From: Octopus sinensis
Lineage: Eukaryota
Assembly: GCF_006345805.1 (NCBI RefSeq)
Contig: NC_043000.1
Location: 80,724,001 to 80,788,000, forward strand
Reading direction: 5' to 3'
Length of the DNA: 64,000 bases
Of this stretch, positions 1-13,687 are shown in pieces. Positions within the stretch are counted from its first letter, which is position 1. Each line of letters starts with the position of its first letter. The notes under the pieces were generated by a model that was not told where the DNA came from, searched no databases, and worked only from the letters and a program-made list of their open reading frames with translations. Made by a program: the position numbers and the translations under genes.

Positions 1-29
1 GAACTGCTCTTTGGCTACTTCATCTGAGT

Positions 30-560
30 TCATGGTTGGAGCATAGCAGTTGAAAATAGTTGCATATTTATTTTGCCACTGTAGATGCACAATGACATGA
101 GTCTTTTGCTAATGCCAACAGGCAGAGATTCAAGTTGTTTCACCAGGTCATTCCAAATAGCAAACCCAATATCTGCCTCTTTCTTTACTTTCTGAGGTTT
201 ACCCTTCCAGAAAAAAGTGTATCCACTATCAACTTTCTGTAGCTGAATACAGTCTGCTAATCTGGTTTCTGAAAGAGATGCTATTCCAATGTTTTTTTCC
301 TTTGAAACACGAGCAACCAAAGTGGTCGTACATTCTATATTTTCTTGCTGTCCTAAAAAGTTCTGACATTCCAAGATGCAATAAAAAGGTTTTTTTGTTT
401 TCAAATTACTTAATTTTCTGGTGCGGGTTTGGGTGTCCAGTCATTTGCACCTAATGACAAGGAGCAATACAAGTAAACAATTTTTAGATTGCATTTTCTT
501 AACCCTTACTCCATAGCAGGAAGCAGTGTCATCCTAAACAGGGCTGCTTTGTTGTGAAAG
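30..560 (-). mobile_element. RTE-clade LINE fragment: APE endonuclease N-terminus plus upstream leader, degenerate
   Basis: ORF 30..404 has TTLVAR...IGIASLSETRLAD..QL..VDSGYTFFWKGKP....EADIGFAI....V.QLESLPVGISKRLMSL, matching the RTE/BovB-type endonuclease start (ERRTALVARELARYNIDIAALSETRL...GYTFFWSG). Confidence 0.85.
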
Positions 561-1113
561 GACATGAATTACACAATTACCCACAGATGTTGTGTAAAGT
601 GGCCATCTATCTTTCACCACCTATGTGCAAAGTTCAAGCTGAGAACTTCCAGTGACATCCTTCACCTGTTCCCATCACTATCCCTTCATCATCATAAGAT
701 TTTTCTGTTTTTTAGGTAGTGGGGTACACTGTCGTAATCAAATGGTGGTATTTCCTGATAGCATTTCACTGGCCTACCTACACATGGTTTTATTTATAGT
801 GGTTATTGCTTGTGCAGCACAATGCACACTTTCTCCATCAAAAAATCATTTACCTGCACCGGTGTACAGTGTACCATGTGATAGATGCGAAATTGAGCGC
901 AGATTTGAGATCAGAGAGGCCTTCTCCTAGTCTGATTGCTCAAAAGCTACAGAGCTCAAACCGCTCTATGAGTAAGTAGATGCTGATAGGGCACATCAGC
1001 TAAGGGAGCCATCAGCAACCACAAACCTGGTTTTATATCAGAGCTTTCCTTCTCCTAAATAAGTTGCCCTGACCATGGCTAAGGAGACTCCTCTGCCCCA
1101 TACATATATATAA

Positions 1114-1152
<39 letters not shown>

Positions 1153-1169
1153 CACATATATATATACTT

Positions 1170-4100
1170 CCGGTTTTCGTAGAGGAAAGATGCATTTGCT
1201 TTTGCTCTGTGAAAAAACAAAAAGCCTCTACTCCCCCTCTGGACTTCAAAATGAAGACGGCACCAAAGTGGGAAAAGAAAGAGTTAAATCTTCTGCTAAG
1301 AGCATGGACAATTGCTAGTGGCAATCCACGGAATAACATCATCACTGCCGTGCAAAAGAACAATGGATTTCATAGAACCATTGACCAAATAGAATGAAAA
1401 AAAGGTGAATTTATCCGGTCTTACATGCTTATAAGACCACATATCAAAACACTGGATAACAGTGAGGGAAGACAAGAAATGTCTCCCAGGAAAACAATCA
1501 GAAAAGAAGTGTGCTCCTCAGATATTCTGTGCGACGCAGCAGCTGAGCAAGAGTCTTTTTTGTGCATGGTGCAAAGGATTGTCAAGCAGCTAACCTGGTT
1601 GCACCTGGCACAGAGAAGGAACCCTGCCCACCACTATGCAAGACCACCACAGTCAACAGACACGGGATGGCCTCCCCTAACGCCTGCACAGCCATCACTC
1701 CAATACTTTTACTAAATATTGGGGGCCTGTTGCATCAAAATAGAAACAAAATTTCTTTCCTGAGAGATCTTACTGCATGCAATCAAGCCCTATGCATAGC
1801 ACTGGTGGAAACTCATCTCAGCCCTGATATAGAGAACACATCCCAGGTCTTAATGACATACTCAAATTTGGTATGTGACACTTTAATTGTATACATAAGA
1901 CAACATAATATAGTCATATGCAATACATATTGCCCACCGGATGCTCCATATCACATAGGCAAGTTTGAAGATCGCCTCACAAGAATTAAAGAAATCCTCA
2001 TGAATCTGGAACACCACGTGACCATATTTCTTATGGGTGATTTCAACTTCCCCAACGTCAAATGGCCCGAAGGTCTCATACTCTCAGGAATGACTCATTG
2101 CAAGCAAGCACAGGTGGAGTCCCTGCTCCACCTCACCAATGCCTTATTCATAGAGCAAGTTGTACTTAAACCAACTAGGGCAAATAACATTCTGGATCTC
2201 TGCTTCACGAACAATATGGACATCATTCATGATGTGAAAGTGACACCGACATTAGTTTCGGATCACAACATAATAGAGCTGTCTATATTTGGGCCGAAAG
2301 TAACCAGAGACATACAGCCTAAAGGAAGCACCCAAAATCTCTCCAATCTGAACTTCCACAAAGCAGATTGGAAATCGATCCAAAAAGAGATCCTCAGAGA
2401 ATGTCTCTCCACACCAGACATTGACATGAAACTAGAATGTTTCATGTCTTCTGTGCAAGCCGTATGCCAGAAATATGTCCCAGAGCACAAGGCCAAAACA
2501 AATAGGAGCAAGATTCCAAGAGACAGGAAGATCCTCATGAGACGATGGATGAAGGTTGCAAATCGTCTCAACCAACATCCCAAAAGTAGCGAAACGTCCC
2601 ACCTAAAAACAACACTGATGGAGATCGAAAAAAGGCTGCAACAATCCTATGTGAGGGAGAAAGCAGACAAAGAAGCCTGGGTTATAAAAAACATTAAATC
2701 AAACACAAAGGCCTTCTTTCATTACGTGAAAGAAACAGTCTCAGTGCACTACAAGATAGGACCCCTCCTCCAAAAGGATGGCTCCCTCACAGACAGTCCA
2801 ACTAAGATCAGTGAGATGCTGAATGACCAGTTCAAAAGTGTCTTTACCACCCTATTGGAACACAGACAAGTGAACGAACCAGTGGACTGCTTTGCCGCCT
2901 CACCTATAACCAGCGAGGCAGTTACAATAAAATGCATTGACATTAGCGAAGAAGATGTCCTACTAGCCATAGATGAAGTGGACACAAAATCAACTGCTGG
3001 TCAAGAGGGTTTCCCAGCAATCCTCCTCAAAGCGTGTAAGCATGCCCTGGCAAAACCCCTCAAGATTCTCTTCCAGAGCTTTCTTACAAATGGCAAACTG
3101 CCCAATACATAAAGGAGGAAGTAGAGCAGATGCCAAAAACTATAGGCCTATCTCTCTGACTTCACACATCAGCAAAGTCATGGAATGGATAGTCAGAAAG
3201 AAACTAATCACATTCCTTGAGGAAAATAACTTGCTGAGTGATACCCAGCATGGTTTTCGACCAGGTAGGAGCTGCCTGACCCAGCTCTTACAACATTATG
3301 ACTAGGTGTTGAGGCAGTTACTCAACAAATCAAATGTGGACGTAATCTACCTTGATTTTGCAAATGCTTTTGACAAGGTGGATCATGGTATGATATGCCA
3401 CAAACTGCATGACCTCGGCATAGCTTGAAAATTTGGAGTGTGGTTACATGACTTCCTGAAAGATAGGAGTCAGGCAGTAGTGGTTAATGGAGCCACCTCT
3501 ATGAACACACAAATATTCCAAAACTGAATATTAAACTTACAGGATACACCGGTCCACAGGGAATTTCAATCCCAGAGCCTAAGTCTGTGAGGGACCTGGG
3601 TATCGACATGAGTGATGATACCTCTTTCCAAGTGCACTACCAGGATGGTGACAAAGTGCAGACGACTGGCTGGATGGATCCTAAGAACATTCAGAACCAG
3701 AGATAAGGAAACCATGATAGTCCTCTGGTGGACATTCGTCCTCAGCTGCCTGGATTACTGCTCACAGCTATGGTCACCCACCAGTGTAAAATTAACAGCG
3801 AACTTTGAAGCAATCCAGAGAAGATTCACAAAGAAGATCGTCTCTTTGCAACAGCTCAGCTACTGGGAAAGGTTGAAACAGCTAAGACCCTACTCCCTGG
3901 AGAGAAGACGGGAGAGGTATGCAGTAATATATGTCTGGAAGATCCTGGAAGAAATTGTGCCAAATTTTGGCATTGTAAGCTACACCAATGCTAGAACGGG
4001 ACGACACTGCATAGTGCCAAAGATCCCAGCAATGCCATCACACTTCAGAATCAGCTACTGCAACAGCCTGGGTTTCAAGGGCCCACAGCTTTTTAATATT

Positions 4101-4348
4101 CTCCCAAAGAGTCTGAGGAACTTGCACAAAGTAAATGTAGCGGTTTTTAAATCAAAGCTGGACATCTTCCTGTCGTGAGTCCCAGATGAACCTACCTCAC
4201 AGCAAGAGGTGCAAATGAGAGTAGCTATATCAAACTCCATTCTTCACCAAGTGCCACATATTAGAGGAGGCTCTTCATAATAACAGTGTAGCACAAAACG
4301 GCGGTGCATCAGCATGGCCACAGCTCTGAGCTGAAACAAGAAAAAAAA
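1170..4348 (+). mobile_element. CR1/L2-group (Jockey superclade) LINE, near full length, with stops and frameshifts
   Basis: APE motifs in 1562..3112 (LLNIGGL, ALVETHL, FLMGDFNFP, PTRANNILDLCFTN, VSDHNII); RT start YRPISLTSHISKVME...QHGFRPGRSCLTQLL (2973..3305) then YLDFANAFDKVDH; C-terminal domain 3612..4178 (LDYCSQLWSP, LSYWERLK, SLERRRERY); A-rich 3' end at about 4340. Confidence 0.92.
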
Positions 4349-4367
4349 TATATATCTCTCTCTCTCT

Positions 4368-4404
<37 letters not shown>

Positions 4405-4418
4405 TGTACATATACAGA

Positions 4419-4565
4419 TGTGATAAGAAGTTAACGTCCCAAACACATAGTTCTAGGTTCAGGCACACTGCATAGCATCTGGGACAAGTGTCTTCTGCTA
4501 TAGACTTGGACCAACCAAAGCCTTGTGAGTAGATTTCTGTAGACAGAAACTGAAAAAAGCCTATC
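4419..4565 (+). mobile_element. tRNA-derived SINE, family A, partial
   Basis: caagtgtcttctgctatag...caaagccttgtgagtagattt..tagacagaaactgaaa core shared with copies at 6760, 10445, 17443, 28451 and 62400. Confidence 0.8.
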
Positions 4566-4599
4566 ATGTGTGTGAATGTGTGTATGTTTTTGTCTCATT

Positions 4600-5010
4600 T
4601 TCTTGATGTCATTTGATAGTTGTAAATAAGTGTCACTATCATACAAACAGTATCATTCATTTCCCATTGTCTGCAAGAACACATCTGGTTATGGAGAAAT
4701 AGTACCTTGCTTGGAAACAGGTGAGAGTTGGTGACAAACTCTGTCAAACCCATGGAAGTATAAAAAAGAGAATGTTGTGATGATGATGATGATGATGTAT
4801 GTATACATATTTTCCATGCTTGCATGGGTTAGACAGAATTTGTTAGAGACAGACTTTTGACAGAAAGTTGCCCTTCCTGTTACCAACCCTTGCTTTTTTC
4901 CAAGCAAAGGAATATTTCTTCATAGTTGGACATGTTTTTATGGAACATTGGAAATGAATGATGTTTCTTGTATGATGGTAATTACAACTGTCACATGATG
5001 TCAAGACTAG
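4600..5010. mobile_element. Two tail-to-tail copies of a short repeat with a (GAT)n tail (RTE-tail family)
   Basis: 4600-4797 (+) and about 4790-5010 (-) align in inverted orientation (cttgatgtc/cttgacatc...tcattcatttcc...ttgcttggaa); they meet at the (gat)n tract at about 4778-4797. Confidence 0.7.
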
Positions 5011-5259
5011 TAGATACAAATACAAGCATATGCATAAATTTGCAGGTTAATTTTGTTTGAAATACCAGCAACTTCAGAGCAAAACTTTTTACTACAGTTT
5101 GCCTGCATCTAGCGTATCTGATTGTCACTCACTCACACTGTTGTTTTATTATATGTAAGACATATATTTATATATATATATAAATATATACATACATACA
5201 TACATGCATACATATGCATGTATGTATATATATACATACATACATATATACACACACAC

Positions 5260-5310
<51 letters not shown>

Positions 5311-5414
5311 CACATATAAAATATAAATTAGAGATAAAACCACTATTATGCAACTAAAGCAGTGATAGACATAAACCAAAAACACAAGTAACAAATAATA
5401 AGTTTCAAAATGTG

Positions 5415-5450
<36 letters not shown>

Positions 5451-6039
5451 TATGGTTGTAAATGAGCACCGCTATCATACAAGCAATGTCATTCATTTCT
5501 GATCTTCCATGAACATACGTTCACCCAGATTTCAAAGTTAGATGTTCAACTCATTCCACAGACAATTCACTAAAATTACTATACAAGTCACCATTGACAG
5601 CTGACCCAGACATCTCCCTTACTCTGTATTTATTTTTACTATCATAACCAAGCCAAACTGATGGATTTTTGACAGCCATACTTAATTCCACTTTCTCGCT
5701 CACACACACATTTATGGAAATATACACCTTCTATCTAATTTTTTTTTTTTTTGCCTTGCACACATACATGGACTTTTGAATTAGGTAACAACAGATTTTT
5801 TTTACTGTTCCATGAATAAGCAATTTGATCTGCATATTTCATCACTGTTTTCTTGCTATGCTTTTGACTGTGTAAATTTCTCCTGGAGTTAGCACATCCC
5901 AGAATAAACTACTTGTGATACATGTTTCACATTACAATTTATTCTGCTATTTTGTACATATTTCACTTCATAAGTCTTTTTATATATTTTTACAATGCCA
6001 AAAAGCATGTGTATATTTGTAAAAGAATTCAAGAAGGAT

Positions 6040-7930
6040 TACCCTTTTCTAAACAACTTTGTACTAACAGAATAAAATGTGATCCTCAAAGGCACCAAAC
6101 AAGCTTGTTGCTAGTTTGTCATGATTAGATAATTTTTTTTAAAGTCAGAAATAATTAAATTGAAACTTCTTGTTGTCACTAAAGAGACCAATTTTTGATT
6201 TACATGCCACTTCAACAAAAACTGAGTCCCAAGACATCTAATGCTTCATTAAAATTTGTCCCAAATTTTCTTGAGCCACATAGTGTGGATGAAATGTGAA
6301 GCCATTATTTTAAATGCAATTGCACTAATAGCTTGCTAAAGACCTAGCAGAGGCAAATTTTGCGACAATTTCTGTTGATGGTTTGAATAAAAAAGATGTT
6401 CAAATGATACTTTTCATTATTCAATATTGCATTCCTGGTCAAGGGGTACAAGTTAAATTTTTTAATATGCGCATTGTTCCTGTTGAGACAGCTGAGATCT
6501 TGACTAATCTCTTTGTCTCAATTATTGACAATTGTGGGTTGGTGGAAAAAGTCATCAGATTTTGTGGAGACACTGCAACACAAATTCTGGTGTACATTGA
6601 AAAGGCAAGAAAAACACATTTAGATGATTAACTGCTGAACTTGAAAAGGGCCTTGTTGACATTGGCTGCGCTGCTCACATTATGCACAATTGTCCTGAAC
6701 AGCAGTTGATCTGTTACCAATTGATATCAAATTTGTGATAATTTTCAAATATTTTCTCATAGGCTCAGGTGTGGCTATGTGGTAAGCAGCTTGCTTCCCA
6801 ACCATGCAGTCTTACATTCAGTCACATTGTGTAACACCTTGTGTAAGTGTCATTTACTATAGCCCTCAAAGCTACTCAAACGCTTGTCAGTGGATTTGGT
6901 AGATGGTAACTGAAAGAAGCCTGTCATATATATATGAATATGTGTGTGTGTGTTTGTCTCCACCACTGCTTGACAACTTGTGCTGGTTCATTTATGTCCC
7001 CATAACTTATCAGTTCCACCAAAGAGAGTGATGGAATAAGTACCAGACTTTTTTTAAAAAAGTACTAAAGTTGATTTGTTTGACTAAACTCTTCAAAGTG
7101 GTGCCCCAGCATGGGCACTGTTCAATGACTGAAACAAGTAAAATATAAAAAGTATGCACAATTTATGTAACACAGCTAAAAGAATTTTATAACTTTGCCA
7201 GAATGGAATGCAAAATGCTATTACAGGATGGCAATACCAAATTTCTGTGAATGCTACAAACACTTGAAAGAATTCTCGATATTTTTGCTGGTTTAAATCC
7301 TTACTTTTGTTCACAAGAATACTGTCCAGGACTGATAAAACAATTCTTTGAAAATGACTTTGAAGAAATGTATTTATGGATTGTACATAGACAGCTTAGC
7401 CTTTTCAACAAATCGATTCTGTCCATGGAGAAGGACAATTCCATTACAGCAGATATCAAACTAGAAATGCAAAATATTGTTACTATTATAGAAGAAAAAG
7501 GAAAGACTGTCAATTTGAGTCTCAAAATGAAAAAGACCTATGATGATAACATTGGAAAAGTGAAGAAGGAATTTAAAAGTTTTTATGAAAGATGTCTCTC
7601 AGACTTAGACCTATGGAAAGAGAACTTCTGAGTGGGTTTCTAAGGCACAGATTTGAACAACACAGAACATCTAGTATGAAGAAAATTGACAAATATTTTT
7701 CATTGCAAAGAAAATCACATAGTAAAAAGTCTTAGTGCCATAGTAGAATATATTCTTTCTCTTCCTGGTAACCCTGCATCAATTTAATGAGTATTTGCTG
7801 TTATAAATAATGTGTGCTCAGATCAGAGGCAGAGGCTACAGACATTTTCTGGTGATATTTCCTGTCTGAGGTGCTCAGACATTTTCGACAAAATTAAAAA
7901 TGACAATGCATTTCTTAAAAAAGTAGTTTA
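6040..7930 (+). pseudogene. hAT-superfamily transposase remnant interrupted by a SINE
   Basis: ISVDG..(6375), IRFCGDT, CxxH motif IGCAAHIMHNC (6661), helical region 7251..7631, and dimerisation-domain motif VEYILSLPGNPASI**VFAVINNVCSDQR (7744-7830, consensus SLPGTNASVERVFS). Confidence 0.75.
6760..7150 (+). mobile_element. SINE family A, full length, inserted in the hAT remnant
   Basis: tRNA-like head (ggtgtggctatgtggtaag), central (TA/TG) tract and tail ggtgccccagcatgg...aatgactgaaacaagtaaaa. Confidence 0.85.
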
Positions 7931-8339
7931 TTGAATAAAATACTACTTGACAATGAAAACATGTGTTTAGTTTAATATACTTTTAAATGCTAGTGTTCTA
8001 CTTGACAATATTTTACATATATGCGCTGTCATGTAAAGAATAGCTGCTTTGTACATCTTCTGTTTCTGTTCTCCATCTTTCTAAAAGAAAATTATGTTAA
8101 TATATTTGTAGTAAAAAGTCCCCTGATCCTATGGCTGGTAGGGAGAGGAGAATCGTGCTCTCCTCTAAATAACCAACTCACTGCAGCTCTACTGACTTTG
8201 GCTGATATTCCCATTACTGCCAGTTTCATCTCCCAGGGTTTTGGTCTCACTTCTGAAAATTATGGTAAGCCCTATGTTTATAGTATATGAGTTGGGATTC
8301 TATAATTCTGCCACCAACATCATTTCCATTGCATGTACA

Positions 8340-8640
<301 letters not shown>

Positions 8641-9159
8641 ATCTGCATGTGCATGTGTGTAAACAAATAGTAACAGATTCATAACAAACAAGTTTTTTAT
8701 TGATGAATAAATTTATCACATTTCAAAAAAAACATTTTCATTAGGTGAATATATGTTTAATTCATGTATATTCACCTGATGAAAATGGTTTTTCACATGC
8801 TGTGATAACTCTATTCATCAATAAAAAAAACTCATTTGAAACAGCTGTAGTGAATAAACCAATATCCATCTGTTGTTATTCGTTTATTATTCACCTGCAA
8901 TTAGCATTGATCGAGAGTCTGTTAAATGCTGTACAATTGGTGCAGTGTGTGTTCCTGCATACAGCCTCGAGGCATGTGATATATTCATTCAGTTAGGCAC
9001 TTGTGATCATATATACAACTAGAATATCAATCCGTCTGTACTTGGGGATTTATGTATATGTTCCTCTAATTTTGTTATGTACATGATTGTTATTTCTTTG
9101 AGCTGAACTTGGTGCTTTACTATTTAGGTATCTGATTCACTCAAATCCTGAACTTTTAT

Positions 9160-9690
<531 letters not shown>

Positions 9691-10396
9691 TGTATGTAAG
9701 TCATAAGTCAGGGAAACAATGCATTCATATGTTTGTCAATAGAGTAGGTATATTATCTGAAGTGTACAGTATTATATATCTATTACAGCCGATGTTACCA
9801 ATCAATTTTGTGCTAGGGATTCAATGGAGTGTTAGGTAACACTTTGTTTATGTAACCCTACATCCATCAAAGGTAGCCGATATTGAATTAAATAGGGTGA
9901 CTACTCTCTATTGTCAGAGGTGAATAGGCACATCTAGTTTGCAGTTGCTGTGAAAAAATGATGGGGACAAAGTGAGTAGGGGATTCAGTTAAGAGTTATG
10001 TCTTTTGGTACCACAGCATCGCCATTGGGGTGACTATGTTGCAAGTCAGTAAGAGTTTTCTGGAAGTGTTTGTGGGAAGTGTGTGTGTCCTTAAGGTTGA
10101 CATTCTTGTGGAAAGGGAATTTGCGTAGTGGTACTATATGTATAACCTTTGCAGCGGGGGTGAGATGGGGGGGCATACACATCTGTGTTCATTAGTGTGT
10201 AATGGGAGTTTATATTGAGGGTGGTGGAAAACAGTTTATTAGATAGATGTCCACCGTGTTGGGGTGTGCGTGTTTGTTTGTGGGTACATTAGTATATGCT
10301 GTGGTTTTTGCCAAACCACTAAATTATGGGGATGTAAACACAGCAACGTCGGGTGTCAGGTGATGGTGGGTGAGGGCAAATGGACACACAAATGGA

Positions 10397-10444
<48 letters not shown>

Positions 10445-10452
<8 letters not shown>

Positions 10453-10612
10453 ACAGGCTTCTTTCAGTTTCCATCTACCAAATCCATTCACAAGGCTTTG
10501 GTCAGCCCGAGGCTCTTTTAGAAGACACTTGCCCAAGGTGCCATGCAGTGGGACTGAACTAGGAACCATATGATTTGGAAGCAATCTCCTTACCACACTG
10601 CCACTCCTGCAC
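10445..10612 (-). mobile_element. SINE family A, 5' half
   Basis: Reverse complement of the family A head and core (ggcttctttcagtttccatctaccaaatcc...gacacttgcccaaggtgccatgcagtgggactgaac). Confidence 0.85.
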
Positions 10613-10664
10613 TTACATATATACTATAGTGTCGTATATTATCAACTGATATTTCCAGTAAATT

Positions 10665-11100
10665 TAAGGAGCATGACGACGAGGGTCCCAGCTGATATGA
10701 TCAACAGAACAGCTTGCTTGTGAAATTAACATGCAAGTGGCTGAGCACTCCACAGACATGCTCAGCCACTTGCATGTTAATTTCACAAGCAAGCTGTTCT
10801 GTTGATCATATCAGCTGGGACCCTCGTCGTCATGCTCCTTATATGTATTTCACGTTGCTCTAGTCTACTCAGCTGGCAAAAATGAGTTGTACCTGTATTT
10901 CAAAAGGCCGGCCTTATCACACTCTTTGTCACGCTGTATCTCCCTGAGAAATACAGGTACAACTCATTTTTGCCAGCTGAGTAGACTAGAGCAACGTGAA
11001 ATAAAGTGCCTTGCTCAAGGACACAAACATGTTGCCAGGAATCGAGCTCATGACCTTACAATCATGAGCCAAATGCCCTAACCACTAAGCCACATGCCTT
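10665..11100 (-). mobile_element. tRNA-derived SINE (family C), internally rearranged into two perfect fold-backs
   Basis: tRNA-like head at 11100-11005 on minus (gaaggcatgtggcttagtggttagggcatt...gtccttgagcaaggcacttt), similar to heads at about 47920 and 54790; perfect inverted repeats 10665-10747/10759-10841 and 10846-10901/10948-11003. Confidence 0.75.
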
Positions 11101-11179
11101 CACCTTCCAGTAAATGCTGTTGCATTGTTGTACCACTATCTTATTTATATATATATATATACATATGTATGCATGTATG

Positions 11180-11219
<40 letters not shown>

Positions 11220-11239
11220 GTATGCATGTATGTAACTTA

Positions 11240-13625
11240 GAATAACTTAGAAAGGTTTTGGCCAGTATTGGCCCAGGCCATGTCTAACTTAATAGCACCA
11301 CCTGGTGAAGTCTTTCAATTCAGGATTTGGGCACCAAGGCCCATTCGAGCAGAGAGTTATTGTTTGCGGAGACATATCTGGATGTGGGTGGTTTGTCCAG
11401 GACTGTTTGAAGGAATTTGTCCAAAGACTTCTTGAATTTTGTGTGGTCAGTTTCTGTTTTGACGTGTCCTGGTGTAATGTTGAAGAGAGCGGGTCCAATT
11501 GAGGTGAAATAATTGTGCCGTATTGTCGTTATGTGATGCGATTTAGATTTTTGTTGTGGACGGATGGCACGTGGTCCAAGCCTTGGATGTATTTTGAAGG
11601 TGATGCCAACATCATTCGGACAGTGCTGATGGAATATTTTCCACATCATACAGATAATGTAGCATTCACGGCGTCGTTGGAGTGAATACAGTTTCAGCTT
11701 CTCTAGTCTACCCCAGTAGTCAAGGTCTAACATGCCATCTATCTTTTTTGTGATTGACCTTTGGGGAGCTTCAATTCTCATAATATTTTGTTTTGTGTAG
11801 GGAGACCACAGTGGACAGCAGTATTCAAGGTGGGGTCAGGCAAAAGTGGAGAAGAGAAGGATAATAGTGTGGGAATCTCTCGACTGGAAGGTTCTGAGAA
11901 TCCAGGAACACATTCTGTGGGCCATGTCAACTTTGCTGCTTATATGTGTAGCCCAGCTTATGTTGTTGTCCACTGTTACTCCCAAGTCTCTGATGTTGTT
12001 GGACGCCATGAGAATTTCTCCAGAAGGAAGGGAGTATGAGAGTTTCACAGCGTCCTCCCTTCCAAAGTGGATCAGTTCGAATTTGTCTTCGTTTAGCAAC
12101 ATGTTCTTTTCCGCCCATTGGACAACAGCCAGTAGGTCTGACTGAAGGCTTATTCGGTCATCCACGCCATTGATGACCTTCTGGAGCTTGGAATCATCAG
12201 CGAAGGTTCTGATGTTACTGTGTTTGATAGTGTCAATATCATTTATATAGATGATGAAGAGAAGTGGGCCCAACACAGTGCCTTGTAGGACTCCACTGCT
12301 GACTTTGGCTGGGCTGGATTTGACTCCTTCGACTACAACAGGTTGGGTTCTGTTAGACAGGAAGCACTTGATCCACTGCAGCAGCTTTCCAGTGACACCA
12401 ATATTGGACAGCTTTCTCAGAAGGATCTTATGATCAACCCTGTCAAAGGCCTTGCTGAAATCAATGTAGATGACATCAGTGTTGGAACCCTCTCCCAAGG
12501 CTCTCAAAATGTCATCAAAATGATGCAGTAGCTGCATCAGGCAATCTCTTCCATTACGGAATCCATGCTGGTTGGAGTTCAGCATATTATGACTCTCAAG
12601 GAAGTGAGTCATATGCGATCTCAGCACTCTCTCAAATACCTTAATGATATGAGAGGTGAGTGAGATTGGACGGTAATTCACGGCAAGCGATTTGTTTCCT
12701 TTTTTGAAAACTGGGAAAACAAACTGGGATAAGAAGGTCTTCTGGTATATATCCAGCATCCAGTGAGTTCCGCCACAGATTGGCTAGAAGGGGTGCAAGT
12801 TGGTTTTGACACATCTTCAAGACACAAGCAGGGAACCTATCGGGACCTACTGCTGAATTATGCTTCATTTCCTTTATTGCTGCTAAGACATCAGGAGCGC
12901 CAAAGGTTATGTCAGATAAAGTGTATTGGGGAGTAACATCACTGATACAGCCCAGATCAGTCATATCAGGATTGCTGAAAACAGAGCAATATTGTTTCTG
13001 CAATATCTCTCCCATGGTTTTGGCATTGTCTTGAAGAGTACCATTTTCATCAATCAGAGGGCCAACAGTAGAACCAGTGACTCTGTGTTTTTTTGCAAAT
13101 GAAAAGAACACTTTGGGATTGAGTTTGATCTTCTCAATGGCCCAGGCCTCTTCAGCTCTTCGCTGACTATTGACGATAGACATCATGTTGTTTTGGAGTT
13201 TATGTTTTTTAATCTCTAGCGACGAGATGGCAGTCAGGTTGGTGTGTTGCTGTTGACAGTATTTCAGCTTGTTGATTTTTTTGTTAATTCTTTTAATTTT
13301 CCTGATGAGAGATTTTCTATTTCTAGGGATTCGACACTTAGATTTGTTTGCAGATCTTAATGGGGTGTGTTTTGCACATATGTTCGTAATGGTGTCTACA
13401 AATGACTGCCAGAACTTTTTGATGTTAGTGGGTGTGTATGTGTGCGTGAAGGACCAATCGACTTGTGCAAGATCATTATTGATCGCTTCCCAGTTTGCAT
13501 TGTGGAAATCCATAGTGTCAAATGGATGAACAGGAGGGATGACATTTGTTTTGCATTTGGCCAGTGAAATCTCAGATCACAGAGAACCATGTCATGATCA
13601 GAGAGTTGGGTTTTCTCCACTGCAA
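11240..13625 (-). mobile_element. CR1/L2-group LINE, 5'-truncated, frameshifted (second family)
   Basis: ORFs 12641..13513, 11836..12759 (YRPISLTSH, QHGFRNGRDC, YIDFSKAFDRVDH, QGTVLGPLLF, FADDSK) and 11320..11781 (LDYWGRLEKLKLYSLQRRRE); 3' tail repeat (ttctaagtta)x2 on minus at 11233-11251. Confidence 0.93.
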
Positions 13626-13641
13626 TATTGTATGTATGTAC

Positions 13642-13687
<46 letters not shown>

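Noticed and set aside
8890-9000. Cys-rich minus-strand frame ending at a CAG|GTGAAT donor-like site
   Set aside because: All three frames hit stops before any usable acceptor; no further support.
9700-10260. Unique-looking segment with ORF 9985..10182, considered as a Penelope GIY-YIG remnant
   Set aside because: No GIY, YIG or RT motif could be read in any frame; left unclassified.
10665-10841. 83-bp hairpin as a pre-miRNA or terminator
   Set aside because: It is a perfect duplication of SINE sequence, better explained as a rearrangement.
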